Origin: Patescibacteria group bacterium | GTDB taxonomy: Bacteria; Patescibacteriota; Dojkabacteria; J137 | NCBI GenBank assembly: GCA_016861265.1 | Contig: BOLA01000001.1 | Coordinates: forward strand, 331,569 to 395,568 | Reading direction: 5' to 3' | DNA length: 64,000 bases | Part shown: piece by piece, positions 45,706-55,305 of the stretch | How the letters are laid out: the number at the start of each line of letters is the position of its first letter | Position numbering within the stretch: the stretch's first letter is position 1 | Program-made: the position numbers and the translations under genes | Notes under the pieces: generated by a model | Databases searched by the model: none | The model's input: only the letters and a program-made list of their open reading frames with translations | What the model was told of the DNA's origin: nothing

Positions 45706-47700
45706 ATGAAAAATCTATTATTGATTTCCTTTTTTGCATTAACTGCAATTATTTTACATTCTACACTAACGCTTAAAGTTAAAGCAGTATCTTTTGAATA
45801 CCCTGAATATAATGTAGACGTAAGTATTAATAAAGATTCGAGTTTTAAAGTAAAGGAAACTGCAATCTATTTAGTATATGGAGATTTTCATGGTCTAAGA
45901 AGAGGCTTGACATTATCGGATCCTAATAGAGATGAATTATGTACTACAACTAATAATTACTATTGTGGAGGCTTTGACAGGGTCGTTGTGAATTCGGTAA
46001 AAGATCTTAAAGGTAACGATATTACCGATAAAGTTAATTTGTACAATATTACCGATGAAGACACAGATGTAAGTTCATTAAGATTTGAGTGGGAAATTTT
46101 CCCTGACGGAGAGTATCAAAATGGAGATCAATTCGGTTGGATTCTAGATTACACAATTTATGGAGGGATAGTTAATGCCAATAATATTCCATATTTCTAT
46201 TGGAATATGCTTCCTGAAAATAGAAATGGAATTGTGGATTCATCAACAATGACCATTACGCTACCTAATCAAGCAAGCGTAAGGGAATCAGATATTCAAG
46301 TTTACTCATCATTAAGATATAACCTTAAATCTAGTGGCAATGTAATATCTGTAACGGCTAAGAATTTACCCTCGCTGTCCCCTTTTACTATTGCATACAA
46401 GTTCAATAATAATGAAATCGAACTACCTGGCCAGATTTCCTACTCACTCTCACCTGCATTTGGTTCGAAAATATTTTTAGACAATATTGATATAACTGAT
46501 CAGGTAGATGGCTTAATTAAAGCTGTACCGACTGGTGAACGAAAATTGAGATTTGAACATATTGGCTACCAAACTCTTGAGCAAACGGTCAACGTAAAGT
46601 CGGGGGAAACAGAAATAGTTGATGCAAACCTAACACCGGAACCTTGGATGCAAATTCTATTATTAATAAATAATATTATTTGTCTATGCGGATGCATATT
46701 AATTCCAATTTCTTTAGTTGCTGTTTATTACATTTACAGAAAAAAAGGAAGAGATGTTGATATGCCCAAAACCATAATTCCATTATTCAAGCCGCCTATA
46801 AATACAGCTCCATATATGGTAGGTTCAATCGTTGACGAACAAGTCGATAAGCAAGATATCGTTGGAACAATTATTGATCTAGCATACAGAGGTTACTTAA
46901 AGATTAAGGAAGTAGAAAAGAATAAGAATTACGAATTAACAAAATTAGAAGGAAAACCGGGTGATAGCGGCCTTAATTCAATGGAGAAGGATGTAATGAA
47001 TGCGATTTTTAAGAATAGCGATGTAATCGAAACTAAAGAGCTTGGAAAGACTTTCCCCTTAGATTACATCAAACTACAGAATAGTATTTATAAAGAAATG
47101 GTAGCATTGGATTACTTTAAACGATCACCAGTAACAACAATTGGAACTTATGTTGGGATTGGAATTATGCTTACTGCATTAGGCTTAGTAAGTACAATAC
47201 TATTCACTGTATTCCTAGTTTCATTCCTAGGCGTACTGACAATATTTACCCCAGGCTTTGTATTAATAGCAGCAGGAATTGCATTCATAATTGTAGCAAA
47301 ATTCATGCCGGCTAAGACTACCAAGGGCAGTAAACTTTATGCCGATATTCTAGGCTTTAAGATGTATATGAATACAGCAGAAAGATACACTGTTCAAAAC
47401 TTAGAACCCGAAGACTTTGTAAGGTATTTAGGTTACGCAATTGTATTTGGAATAGAAAGGCAATGGGCTAAGAAATTCGAAGGCATTTACAAAGGAATAC
47501 CTGATTGGTATGAAGGATCTGGTAATATTTATGATGTTTATTGGATTAGTTCTTTTGCAAGAAACTTTAGCAATTCTACAGTTCAAAGTATGACGCCGGT
47601 TACCACAAGCAGTTCATCTGGAAGTGGTTGGAGTGGAAGCGGATCCTTCGGAGGATTCTCCGGAGGAGGTGGCGGTGGCGGCTCCTCCGGTGGTTGGTAA
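45706..47700 (+). CDS. DUF2207-like membrane protein with a carboxypeptidase-regulatory-like segment and a Gly/Ser-rich C-terminal tail.
   Basis: It has a signal peptide, an extracellular domain, several transmembrane helices, and a tail ending SSSSGSGWSGSGSFGGFSGGGGGGGSSGGW. Confidence 0.6.
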   Translation: MKNLLLISFFALTAIILHSTLTLKVKAVSFEYPEYNVDVSINKDSSFKVKETAIYLVYGDFHGLRRGLTLSDPNRDELCTTTNNYYCGGFDRVVVNSVKDLKGNDITDKVNLYNITDEDTDVSSLRFEWEIFPDGEYQNGDQFGWILDYTIYGGIVNANNIPYFYWNMLPENRNGIVDSSTMTITLPNQASVRESDIQVYSSLRYNLKSSGNVISVTAKNLPSLSPFTIAYKFNNNEIELPGQISYSLSPAFGSKIFLDNIDITDQVDGLIKAVPTGERKLRFEHIGYQTLEQTVNVKSGETEIVDANLTPEPWMQILLLINNIICLCGCILIPISLVAVYYIYRKKGRDVDMPKTIIPLFKPPINTAPYMVGSIVDEQVDKQDIVGTIIDLAYRGYLKIKEVEKNKNYELTKLEGKPGDSGLNSMEKDVMNAIFKNSDVIETKELGKTFPLDYIKLQNSIYKEMVALDYFKRSPVTTIGTYVGIGIMLTALGLVSTILFTVFLVSFLGVLTIFTPGFVLIAAGIAFIIVAKFMPAKTTKGSKLYADILGFKMYMNTAERYTVQNLEPEDFVRYLGYAIVFGIERQWAKKFEGIYKGIPDWYEGSGNIYDVYWISSFARNFSNSTVQSMTPVTTSSSSGSGWSGSGSFGGFSGGGGGGGSSGGW

Positions 47701-47707
47701 AATTACA

Positions 47708-48424
47708 TTATAATATAGCAGCCTTTGCGATCATTCTTATAGTAGAAGATAAGTTTTTATTCCTTGCAATTCTTCCTGCAAGCTCGATCGTAACGATAGG
47801 ATTTGCTTCGATATGGGAAATAACAAAATTCTTATAATCTTGAATATTTTCGAATCCCCTTTCTATTGCGTAATTATCGTCTAGGCCGTTGAACAAAACG
47901 TCAACAAATATTCTTACATATTCAAATTTGTAACTAGGCGATTCTTTTCTACCCACATTAGGGACTCCAGTTGCCTCTACTCCGCTTAACTCCTCAACTA
48001 CTTCTTGAGCTACTTCGGCACCTCCTTGTTCAAGGGCAGAAGCAAAATTTGCCTCCATATTACTATTCTCTAGGGCATCTAATACTGCATTTTCAGCATC
48101 AGCCACAACTAAGGTTTCCATTGGAGACTGAGTATCTTCTACTGTTTCCACTTCATTATCTACTACGGCCACCTCTTCAGTTGGAGTTTCTCCTGTTAGC
48201 ATATCTCTTTTTCTCTCTAAAGCTATAATTTCACGATTTAGGTCTGCAAGTTTCCTTACATAACTTTTTTGTGTTCCTGGCGCACTATTCCAAGGTTTTT
48301 GGCTTTGTTCGGTCCAGAAGTTTACAGCTCTTTTTTTCAGATCAATAGAAGCTTCTATATCTCTAACCTGATCTTCTAAAGTATATACCCTTTCACTTTC
48401 AACATGCTGTCTCCAATTTGACAT
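47708..48424 (-). CDS. Hypothetical acidic protein with coiled-coil character (238 aa).
   Basis: Only the ORF supports it. I recognise no motif. Confidence 0.45.
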   Translation of the reverse strand: MSNWRQHVESERVYTLEDQVRDIEASIDLKKRAVNFWTEQSQKPWNSAPGTQKSYVRKLADLNREIIALERKRDMLTGETPTEEVAVVDNEVETVEDTQSPMETLVVADAENAVLDALENSNMEANFASALEQGGAEVAQEVVEELSGVEATGVPNVGRKESPSYKFEYVRIFVDVLFNGLDDNYAIERGFENIQDYKNFVISHIEANPIVTIELAGRIARNKNLSSTIRMIAKAAIL

Positions 48425-48494
48425 ATTAAATACATAAAAATTAAAAGTCTATAACCATAATAAACTTATAATTTAACAATTGTAAAGTTTTGCC

Positions 48495-49049
48495 TTAGAA
48501 GGAAACGCTTATCGACTTCTCCACGGAATCTAATGTATTGGGATTACCTAATGTGGATGAAGGTAATATAGAAACTGAAGTGAATTTGCCCGAAGACTGA
48601 AGTTTGTTGAAAACTATCTTTGCAATAGTCGATACACCTTTCAAACCCTCTGTTGACTTAGTCGAAATTTGAAGAGTGATTTTTCCTTCTGAAGTATCAA
48701 TTTTTTGATTTAAGGCAATAATACTCGAAGGCATTACAATATCTTCAACTTCTAATATATTTTTATCGAATTCTACTTCCACAGTACCTTCAGTAATTTT
48801 TTGCATGTCTAGTATTTGAGCATTTACATCAATAACAATTTTATCGGGGTAAATTATATTATCTTCAATCTGGCTTAAACCCAATACGTTATAGACATTT
48901 GCTGAAGATGTATCTATTGAATTATCGGAATTTATCCTTCCAATTAAATAAACACCACCCAAAATAGCAGCTGCAACTGTCGCAATAAATAAAGTATTTC
49001 TAAATCTTTCCATAGTAAAAATGTTTGCTCTTAATACATTAAACCACAA
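48495..49049 (-). CDS. Membrane-anchored hypothetical protein. The start is probably the internal Met at MERFRNTLF.
   Basis: An N-terminal transmembrane helix follows MERF. Confidence 0.45.
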   Translation of the reverse strand: MWFNVLRANIFTMERFRNTLFIATVAAAILGGVYLIGRINSDNSIDTSSANVYNVLGLSQIEDNIIYPDKIVIDVNAQILDMQKITEGTVEVEFDKNILEVEDIVMPSSIIALNQKIDTSEGKITLQISTKSTEGLKGVSTIAKIVFNKLQSSGKFTSVSILPSSTLGNPNTLDSVEKSISVSF

Positions 49050-49098
49050 ACTTATTATTTTTACACTTAGGAATTGCGAATACGTTTATACACAGACA

Positions 49099-49127
49099 AT
49101 AAAAAAGGGCACCCGAAGGGTGCCCTT
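49099..49127 (-). terminator. Rho-independent terminator after fusA.
   Basis: The stem AAGGGCACCC/GGGTGCCCTT with a GAA loop is followed on the minus strand by a run of T residues. Confidence 0.75.
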
Positions 49128-49143
49128 AAAACTTTTAGTAACT

Positions 49144-51294
49144 TTACTTAGCTTCTCCTAACAATTTTTCCATAATGTTTCTTGGAACTTCTGCGTAGTG
49201 GCTTGGTTCCATATTTGGAGCAGCAGTACCAGATGTTAGGTTTCTTAGATCAGAAACATAACCGAATAATTCTGATAATGGCGCTTCTGCAATAATCTCT
49301 TTTGTCTTACCTCTTTGTAGTAAGTTTTTAATTAAACCTCTCTTAGATGATAAGTAACCTGTACATGCTCCAACATAATCCTCTGGAACATTAATTGTTA
49401 CAGTCATAATTGGTTCTAATAGAACTGGACTACAAGCCTTCATTGCATTCTTAAATCCGTAGTATGCACAAGTTCTGAATGTATCAGTATTTGAGTCAAC
49501 TTCGTGGTAAGAACCGTCAACGATCTCTGCTTGAACATCGACAACTGGATAACCACCTAATGGACCAGCTGTAATAGATTCTTGAATACCTTTGTCGATA
49601 GAAGAGATATATTCTCTTGGAATTGCTCCTCCCTTAATACTATCTACAAATTTATATCCTTCTCCTCTTTCTAAAGGTTGTAATACAAATGCAATATCGG
49701 CGTACTGACCAGCACCTCCAGATTGCTTCTTTAGTAATTCTCTGTGTTCACCCTTTGCAGTAATTGTTTCTCTGTATGCAACTTGTGGTTTACCTACATT
49801 TACTTCAATTCCATACTCTCTTTTTAGAATATCTACCTTAATGTCTAAGTGCAATTCACCCATTCCTGCAATAATTACCTGACCAGTTTCCTTGTCGGTT
49901 TCTGCTTTGAATGTTGGATCTTCCGATACTAACTTACCTAGAGCTTCAGATAACTTTTCCTGATCTGACTTTGTCTTTGGCTCAATAGCAAATTTTACAA
50001 CAGGTTCGGCAAAGTTAATTCCTTCTAATTGAATTGGCTTAGCTTCATCACAAATTGTGTTTCCCGTTTTTGTATCTTTAAATCCTACGATAGCTGCAAT
50101 GTCTCCTGCTCTAACTTCCTTAACTTCTTCTCTGTGATTTGCGTGCATCATTAAAATTCTACCAACTCTTTCCTTGTTGCCACTTGTTGAGTTGTATACG
50201 TAACTACCTGATTGTAATTTACCGGAGTAAACTCTAAAGAAGGCTAGGTTACCTACGTGAGGATCAACAGCTAATTTGAATACTAAACCAGCAAATGGTT
50301 CCGAATCATCAAGTTTTCTAACAATGATTTCTCCATTCTTTGGATCAGTTCCAGGAATTTCATCCTTATAGATTTTTTCTTCTTTTGTTTCCGGATCTTC
50401 CTTTGCGAAATATTTATCGTGTGGTGAAGGTAAATATCTACAAACATTATCCAACATTTCTTGAACACCTTTGTTTCTTAAAGATGAACCTGCCATAACA
50501 GGGAAGATCTTACTAATTAGCACTCCCTTTCTAATTGCAGCAGTTAATTCTTCTGTTGAAATCTCAGCTCCGTCTAGATACTTCATTGCAATATCATCGT
50601 CAACATCGGCTACAACTTCAATTAACTTATTTCTATATTCAGTTGCTTTTGCAAGCATATCTTCAGGAATATCTGCAGTCTCAATTACCTTTCCTTCATC
50701 GTCCTTATGTATTTGAACTTTGAATTTAACTAGGTCAACAATTCCTCTGAACTCGTTTTCAATTCCAACTGGAATACTTATAGGTACAGCTTTCTCGCTT
50801 AAATGTTCTACAATGCTTTCGTATGACTTAAAGAAGTCAGCACCGATGTTATCAAGCTTATTAATATAACAAAGTCTTGGAACTCTGTATTTTTCTGCCT
50901 GGAACCAAACTTTTGAAGATTGTGGTTCTACACCCATTTTTCCATCGAATACAACAACAGCTCCATCTAGAACTCTTAATGATCTTTCTACTTCAGCTGT
51001 AAAGTCAACGTGACCCGGTGTATCGATAATATTAAATCTATAAGATTTACCTTCTAAATCCCAGAAAGCTGTTGTAGCTGCGGATTGAATAGTAATTCCT
51101 CTTTCTCTTTCCTGATCCATGAAGTCCATTTCAGCAGAACCTTCATGGGTTTCTCCTGTCTTATGTTTTCTACCTGTAAAGAAAAGAATTCTTTCTGTAG
51201 TGGTTGTTTTACCAGCATCTACATGGGCAATAATTCCAATGTTTCTGTAAAGATGGGTATCCTTTACCTTTGTGTAGTCTATAACTCCTGCCAT
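49144..51294 (-). CDS. fusA: Elongation factor G.
   Basis: The sequence AHVDAGKTTTTERILF and the full five-domain EF-G length of 716 aa. Confidence 0.95.
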   Translation of the reverse strand: MAGVIDYTKVKDTHLYRNIGIIAHVDAGKTTTTERILFFTGRKHKTGETHEGSAEMDFMDQERERGITIQSAATTAFWDLEGKSYRFNIIDTPGHVDFTAEVERSLRVLDGAVVVFDGKMGVEPQSSKVWFQAEKYRVPRLCYINKLDNIGADFFKSYESIVEHLSEKAVPISIPVGIENEFRGIVDLVKFKVQIHKDDEGKVIETADIPEDMLAKATEYRNKLIEVVADVDDDIAMKYLDGAEISTEELTAAIRKGVLISKIFPVMAGSSLRNKGVQEMLDNVCRYLPSPHDKYFAKEDPETKEEKIYKDEIPGTDPKNGEIIVRKLDDSEPFAGLVFKLAVDPHVGNLAFFRVYSGKLQSGSYVYNSTSGNKERVGRILMMHANHREEVKEVRAGDIAAIVGFKDTKTGNTICDEAKPIQLEGINFAEPVVKFAIEPKTKSDQEKLSEALGKLVSEDPTFKAETDKETGQVIIAGMGELHLDIKVDILKREYGIEVNVGKPQVAYRETITAKGEHRELLKKQSGGAGQYADIAFVLQPLERGEGYKFVDSIKGGAIPREYISSIDKGIQESITAGPLGGYPVVDVQAEIVDGSYHEVDSNTDTFRTCAYYGFKNAMKACSPVLLEPIMTVTINVPEDYVGACTGYLSSKRGLIKNLLQRGKTKEIIAEAPLSELFGYVSDLRNLTSGTAAPNMEPSHYAEVPRNIMEKLLGEAK

Positions 51295-51397
51295 ATAAGG
51301 TTAATAAAAAAATAATTTTGGATATAAAATTTCTGATATTCCAGCACGCGAATTATGCCAAAAAATGGCTGAAAAATCAATCAGACTAAGTAATCTA

Positions 51398-51805
51398 TTA
51401 AGAGAATTTAATAATGAACTTATAAGTATCACTTCCGCAATAACCTTCAATTTCTTCTCCAGATGCCCGACTCTCTAGTTGAACCTGGGTTACACCCGTT
51501 GGGGGAAGAAATTCCTTAACGTTTAGTTTTGGTATATTGAGATATGCAGTACAGTCGTAGGTATTATTTGTCTCGATATCAAGTCTTGTGGGTATATTTG
51601 CCTGTGCCAGTATTCTATTTGGTGCGTAGCCAAGACCAGCCTTGATGCTTATTACCTGTACACCACTTTCTAGTCTTACACCTTTATTTGTATATTCAAC
51701 CACGGTTGCATTACTCTTTGCTAATAAAACACCCGCTACAGCTACGCTAAGGAATGCAAAAATAAGAACAGAAACTTGTAATGTTTGTTTTTTATTTATT
51801 TTCAT
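51398..51805 (-). CDS. Small secreted protein (135 aa), the last gene of the secreted-protein operon.
   Basis: A signal peptide or anchor is present. Confidence 0.5.
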   Translation of the reverse strand: MKINKKQTLQVSVLIFAFLSVAVAGVLLAKSNATVVEYTNKGVRLESGVQVISIKAGLGYAPNRILAQANIPTRLDIETNNTYDCTAYLNIPKLNVKEFLPPTGVTQVQLESRASGEEIEGYCGSDTYKFIIKFS

Positions 51806-51846
51806 CTATAGAAAAATACACTTACAATGTGAATTTATTATAAATA

Positions 51847-54600
51847 TCACTCGCTAACGTACCCTACTTCTCTTAATGAGTACTTATTATAATTTAGGTC
51901 TGTTTTAAAAATCTCTCTATACCTAGGATCAAAATAGAATACCTGTGAAGGTTGAAATTGATTTGCGTTTAAATTTACGTCTCTCTGCAAGGTCACATCG
52001 TTTGCCGTAACTGAACCTTTTACCATTAATCCATAACCCTTCTGATTCACATCTGGAACATCTCTTTTGGCAATAAAGGTGCCATCCGTAAAGAAACCTC
52101 CTTCTATTAGATCGTAGCCTACTAAGTTCGGTGAATCGACAACACCCCCTCCACTTCTACTTGGAACAGTCTCGATGTTAATGTTTCCCAAGGCGACAAA
52201 TAGACAACCATTCGAACTATTATTGACTGTTAGATTTGGTGTAATGGTTATTGTTCCCTTCACCAGGAATATTGACTGCGTATCGCATACTACATTTCGA
52301 CCAATTGTTAAGTTTCCACCAATTTGAATATGTTTTTTCGTTCCTGCAGGTACACCTAAGAAGCTCGATGTATTTCCGGAAGATATATTCGCATTAGAAG
52401 ATGCATAAGTATTTGCATCTAGTAGATTTAATGAGTTTGATCTTACCAGGTTTGTTAAATAGTCATACCAATCGGCTGCTCCGGTATCCAATGGAGGATT
52501 TAGGGTTAGATCTTCATAATTAACAATATATTGCTGTTGCTTAGACTGTTTTCTAATTGGTAAATTACCATTCCCGCTTATTAAACCATAGGTTGAAACA
52601 TAGGTAGCAGCTCTATCAGAAAGCAAGGGATTACCTGAAGTGTCTTTTAGCACATCACTGTATTGATCAAGACCACTTGGAACAGAAATTCCCGTAACTC
52701 CTCCACCAGCAGAGACTCCTCCATCGAAGCTTATTAACCAAGGGTTCTGTGAAAGCGAACTGGTTGTTGCGACAGATTGATTGCATGCATTATCCTGCAT
52801 AAATTCATAGAAAACATAGTTTGTCTGGGCCGATGGATCAAGGTCCTCGTATAATCTTGTTCCAATATTTGCCTCATTAACAAAAGCATTACTTGCCGGT
52901 ATTGCAGAGAATAGCAATCCACCTTGTTTGTATGCAGTAACATCAGGAATTGTAGATGTATTCATTTGACTAAAGTCGACCACTCCACCTCCCGGACTTA
53001 AGTCCGTTAATGTAGAAGTTGTAACATCCCTTACAACATAACTTTTTACTTTCAGACCATTTGAATCAGACGCTCCCCACTTAACATTAAATTGATTACC
53101 AGTAATTGCCTTGGAGCTAAAAGTAGGATCGGTAGGAAGGGTCAAGTCAACTCCCCAGTTTGTCAATGTCGACGTAGCATTTAATTTTTTGTATACAAAT
53201 GGTGCACCAGGTGTTGAATCATAAGAACCTACAATATTATTACCCGGGTCTATAATTATTGCCGCTGTATAAAAGTCATACCTTCCGTCTTGTAAGTCCT
53301 TTAAAGCAATTTTAAAGTTTGTTGAACTGCCGTTAGAAGTCGTAGCTCCCTTAATATCTTGTAAAATCACACCATAACCGGTAGCATTTCCAGAAGTTGC
53401 TGTATTAGAGCCAGTCGTTCCCCAGGAATCTCCCACACCTACACCGGCATATACCTGACCTTGAAGTAACACTCCTCCTCTTAGTCCAACTTTTACGGCG
53501 AACCCAGTCGCCTTACCGCCTACCAATTTAATCTTGTTAAGAATATTGGCATCGGAATCTATATCAGGATTTGCTCCTGATGTTGGCACAGCTGCTAACC
53601 ATACCTGTTGATATTGATTTGCCGCATTAGTTGTAAAATTCACTCTAAAATCTATTGGATTGGTAACACTGGCTTGTCCAAGAGCTCCGCTGAATCCGCT
53701 CTTACACACATCAGCTTGAATTCCATTTCCAGTTGTTAATTTAACCTCGTCGTTAAGTATTGTAAATCTGTTAATTGCACTTACTGTTGACAAAGAACCG
53801 TTACTCTTTGTTACTCTCCAACATACACTATCGCCAGCCTTTAGACCTGCTGATGCAGGGATTGTTGTAACTGCACCTAAGTTTACCCAACTGGTACATG
53901 CACCTGTTGAATATTCCACTCTATAGCTATTTGAATTACTTGGACAACCTACTCCCCAACCGGAAGATGCCACGTCGTAGGTTAAAGGAATCGCAATCGG
54001 ATTGGCATCTGGTGCTGCTATACCAGCCCCGTTTGCAGGCTTGATTAGGGATGCTGCACCAGGGTAAGAGGTTGTACAAGGTGGAACTCTAGGATAGACA
54101 GTAAATGTATCGTAACTTGCAGTACAACTCTTAGATGTATTTTTGTAGCAAGTAGCAGTATATGTCCCGGCTTCGGGAATCTGGTACATTAGGGAAGTAC
54201 AGTCATTCTTTATTTGAGAAGCGACAACGGCACCTGTATTCTTATTCTTGACCTCTACATAGGAAGGGGTTGCGCAACCAGGTCCAAAGGACAACTGAAC
54301 AAAGCATTGAACTTGCATCCACAATTGGTTTGTTGATGACGTCTTAAAATTTTTACCAGTTATATCAGATCCGCCGAACCAACCCCATTGTGTTCCCTGG
54401 GTAGGATCTGTTTTACAGCCATTGTAAAGGTTTCGATTTGAACAGTTTGCCCAAAATTGAACATCAGGATTGGTAAAACCACAAGCCCCACCCGGTGTGT
54501 ACACCTGTGCTTTAAGTTGTAAGGATTGTTGCCCCAATGTTCCAAGCAATCCAAATAAAGCAAATACCATTAATTTTAAAATGAGTTTTTTATTCAACAA
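51847..54600 (-). CDS. Large secreted beta-rich protein (917 aa), a paralogue of 55306..58188.
   Basis: It has a signal peptide. Its C-terminal roughly 300 aa are clearly homologous to the neighbouring 960-aa protein (LQRDVNLNANQFQPSQVFYFDPRYREIFKTDLNYNKYSLREVGY against LQRDLNLNSNQSQPAQLFYFDPRYREIFKNDLNYNKYSIREIGY). Confidence 0.7.
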   Translation of the reverse strand: MLNKKLILKLMVFALFGLLGTLGQQSLQLKAQVYTPGGACGFTNPDVQFWANCSNRNLYNGCKTDPTQGTQWGWFGGSDITGKNFKTSSTNQLWMQVQCFVQLSFGPGCATPSYVEVKNKNTGAVVASQIKNDCTSLMYQIPEAGTYTATCYKNTSKSCTASYDTFTVYPRVPPCTTSYPGAASLIKPANGAGIAAPDANPIAIPLTYDVASSGWGVGCPSNSNSYRVEYSTGACTSWVNLGAVTTIPASAGLKAGDSVCWRVTKSNGSLSTVSAINRFTILNDEVKLTTGNGIQADVCKSGFSGALGQASVTNPIDFRVNFTTNAANQYQQVWLAAVPTSGANPDIDSDANILNKIKLVGGKATGFAVKVGLRGGVLLQGQVYAGVGVGDSWGTTGSNTATSGNATGYGVILQDIKGATTSNGSSTNFKIALKDLQDGRYDFYTAAIIIDPGNNIVGSYDSTPGAPFVYKKLNATSTLTNWGVDLTLPTDPTFSSKAITGNQFNVKWGASDSNGLKVKSYVVRDVTTSTLTDLSPGGGVVDFSQMNTSTIPDVTAYKQGGLLFSAIPASNAFVNEANIGTRLYEDLDPSAQTNYVFYEFMQDNACNQSVATTSSLSQNPWLISFDGGVSAGGGVTGISVPSGLDQYSDVLKDTSGNPLLSDRAATYVSTYGLISGNGNLPIRKQSKQQQYIVNYEDLTLNPPLDTGAADWYDYLTNLVRSNSLNLLDANTYASSNANISSGNTSSFLGVPAGTKKHIQIGGNLTIGRNVVCDTQSIFLVKGTITITPNLTVNNSSNGCLFVALGNINIETVPSRSGGGVVDSPNLVGYDLIEGGFFTDGTFIAKRDVPDVNQKGYGLMVKGSVTANDVTLQRDVNLNANQFQPSQVFYFDPRYREIFKTDLNYNKYSLREVGYVSE

Positions 54601-55246
54601 CTTTAATTGATAAAACTAAATTATAGAAATTATCTAAATATATCTTATTTTCCTCCTGGTCTAAAGGTATGTTTCCAGAAGTTATGCATAGGTTTTTATT
54701 AATACAACCGTACACTTGCTGTGTGTACTTTACAATTTCAACCCCTGCGGAGTCAGCATTTAAAGCTAGTTCTTCATTTGGAACATAAACATTCACACTG
54801 GTGTATTGAAATAGTTTTGGTCCTTCCTTGGTCTGAACATCTATATTATAAGTGCTTTCTGCATTAACACCTTCCTCCGAATTATTAATAGCACGCACTG
54901 GACTATCAGAAACATAAAAAGTAATATCGCCTCTATTTATTTTATAGATTAGACAATTCTTTGATGTATCTATGCATTCAATATTCTCATAAGAAGCCCC
55001 TCTGCTCGCATCTACTTGAGTCCAATCATTTTCTAGTGAATAGTAACGACTCTTTAACTTGATTGTATTGGCCTCTGTTGCCTCTATGTAGGTTTCGGAG
55101 TCGTCCACATAACTTATAGGCTCAGGAATTGTTAAGTCTAAGACTTCTCCTTTATAAAGGAATGCGACTATAACAGTTGCTATAAATACAACTCCTAGAA
55201 CTAATACGGCGTAAATTTCATAGTTAAATCTCTTTGTCTCCTGCAT
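54590..55246 (-). CDS. Small membrane-anchored protein (218 aa).
   Basis: It has an N-terminal transmembrane helix. It overlaps the downstream gene by 11 nt. Confidence 0.55.
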   Translation of the reverse strand: MQETKRFNYEIYAVLVLGVVFIATVIVAFLYKGEVLDLTIPEPISYVDDSETYIEATEANTIKLKSRYYSLENDWTQVDASRGASYENIECIDTSKNCLIYKINRGDITFYVSDSPVRAINNSEEGVNAESTYNIDVQTKEGPKLFQYTSVNVYVPNEELALNADSAGVEIVKYTQQVYGCINKNLCITSGNIPLDQEENKIYLDNFYNLVLSIKVVE

Positions 55247-55305
55247 ACTAAAAGTATAATGTACTTGAAGTTATGAGTAAACACTAAAGAATAAGAAGAT
55301 ATAAT

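Noticed and set aside
50283-50723. Small ORFs inside fusA on both strands.
   Set aside because: They are alternative or antisense frames of a conserved EF-G gene.
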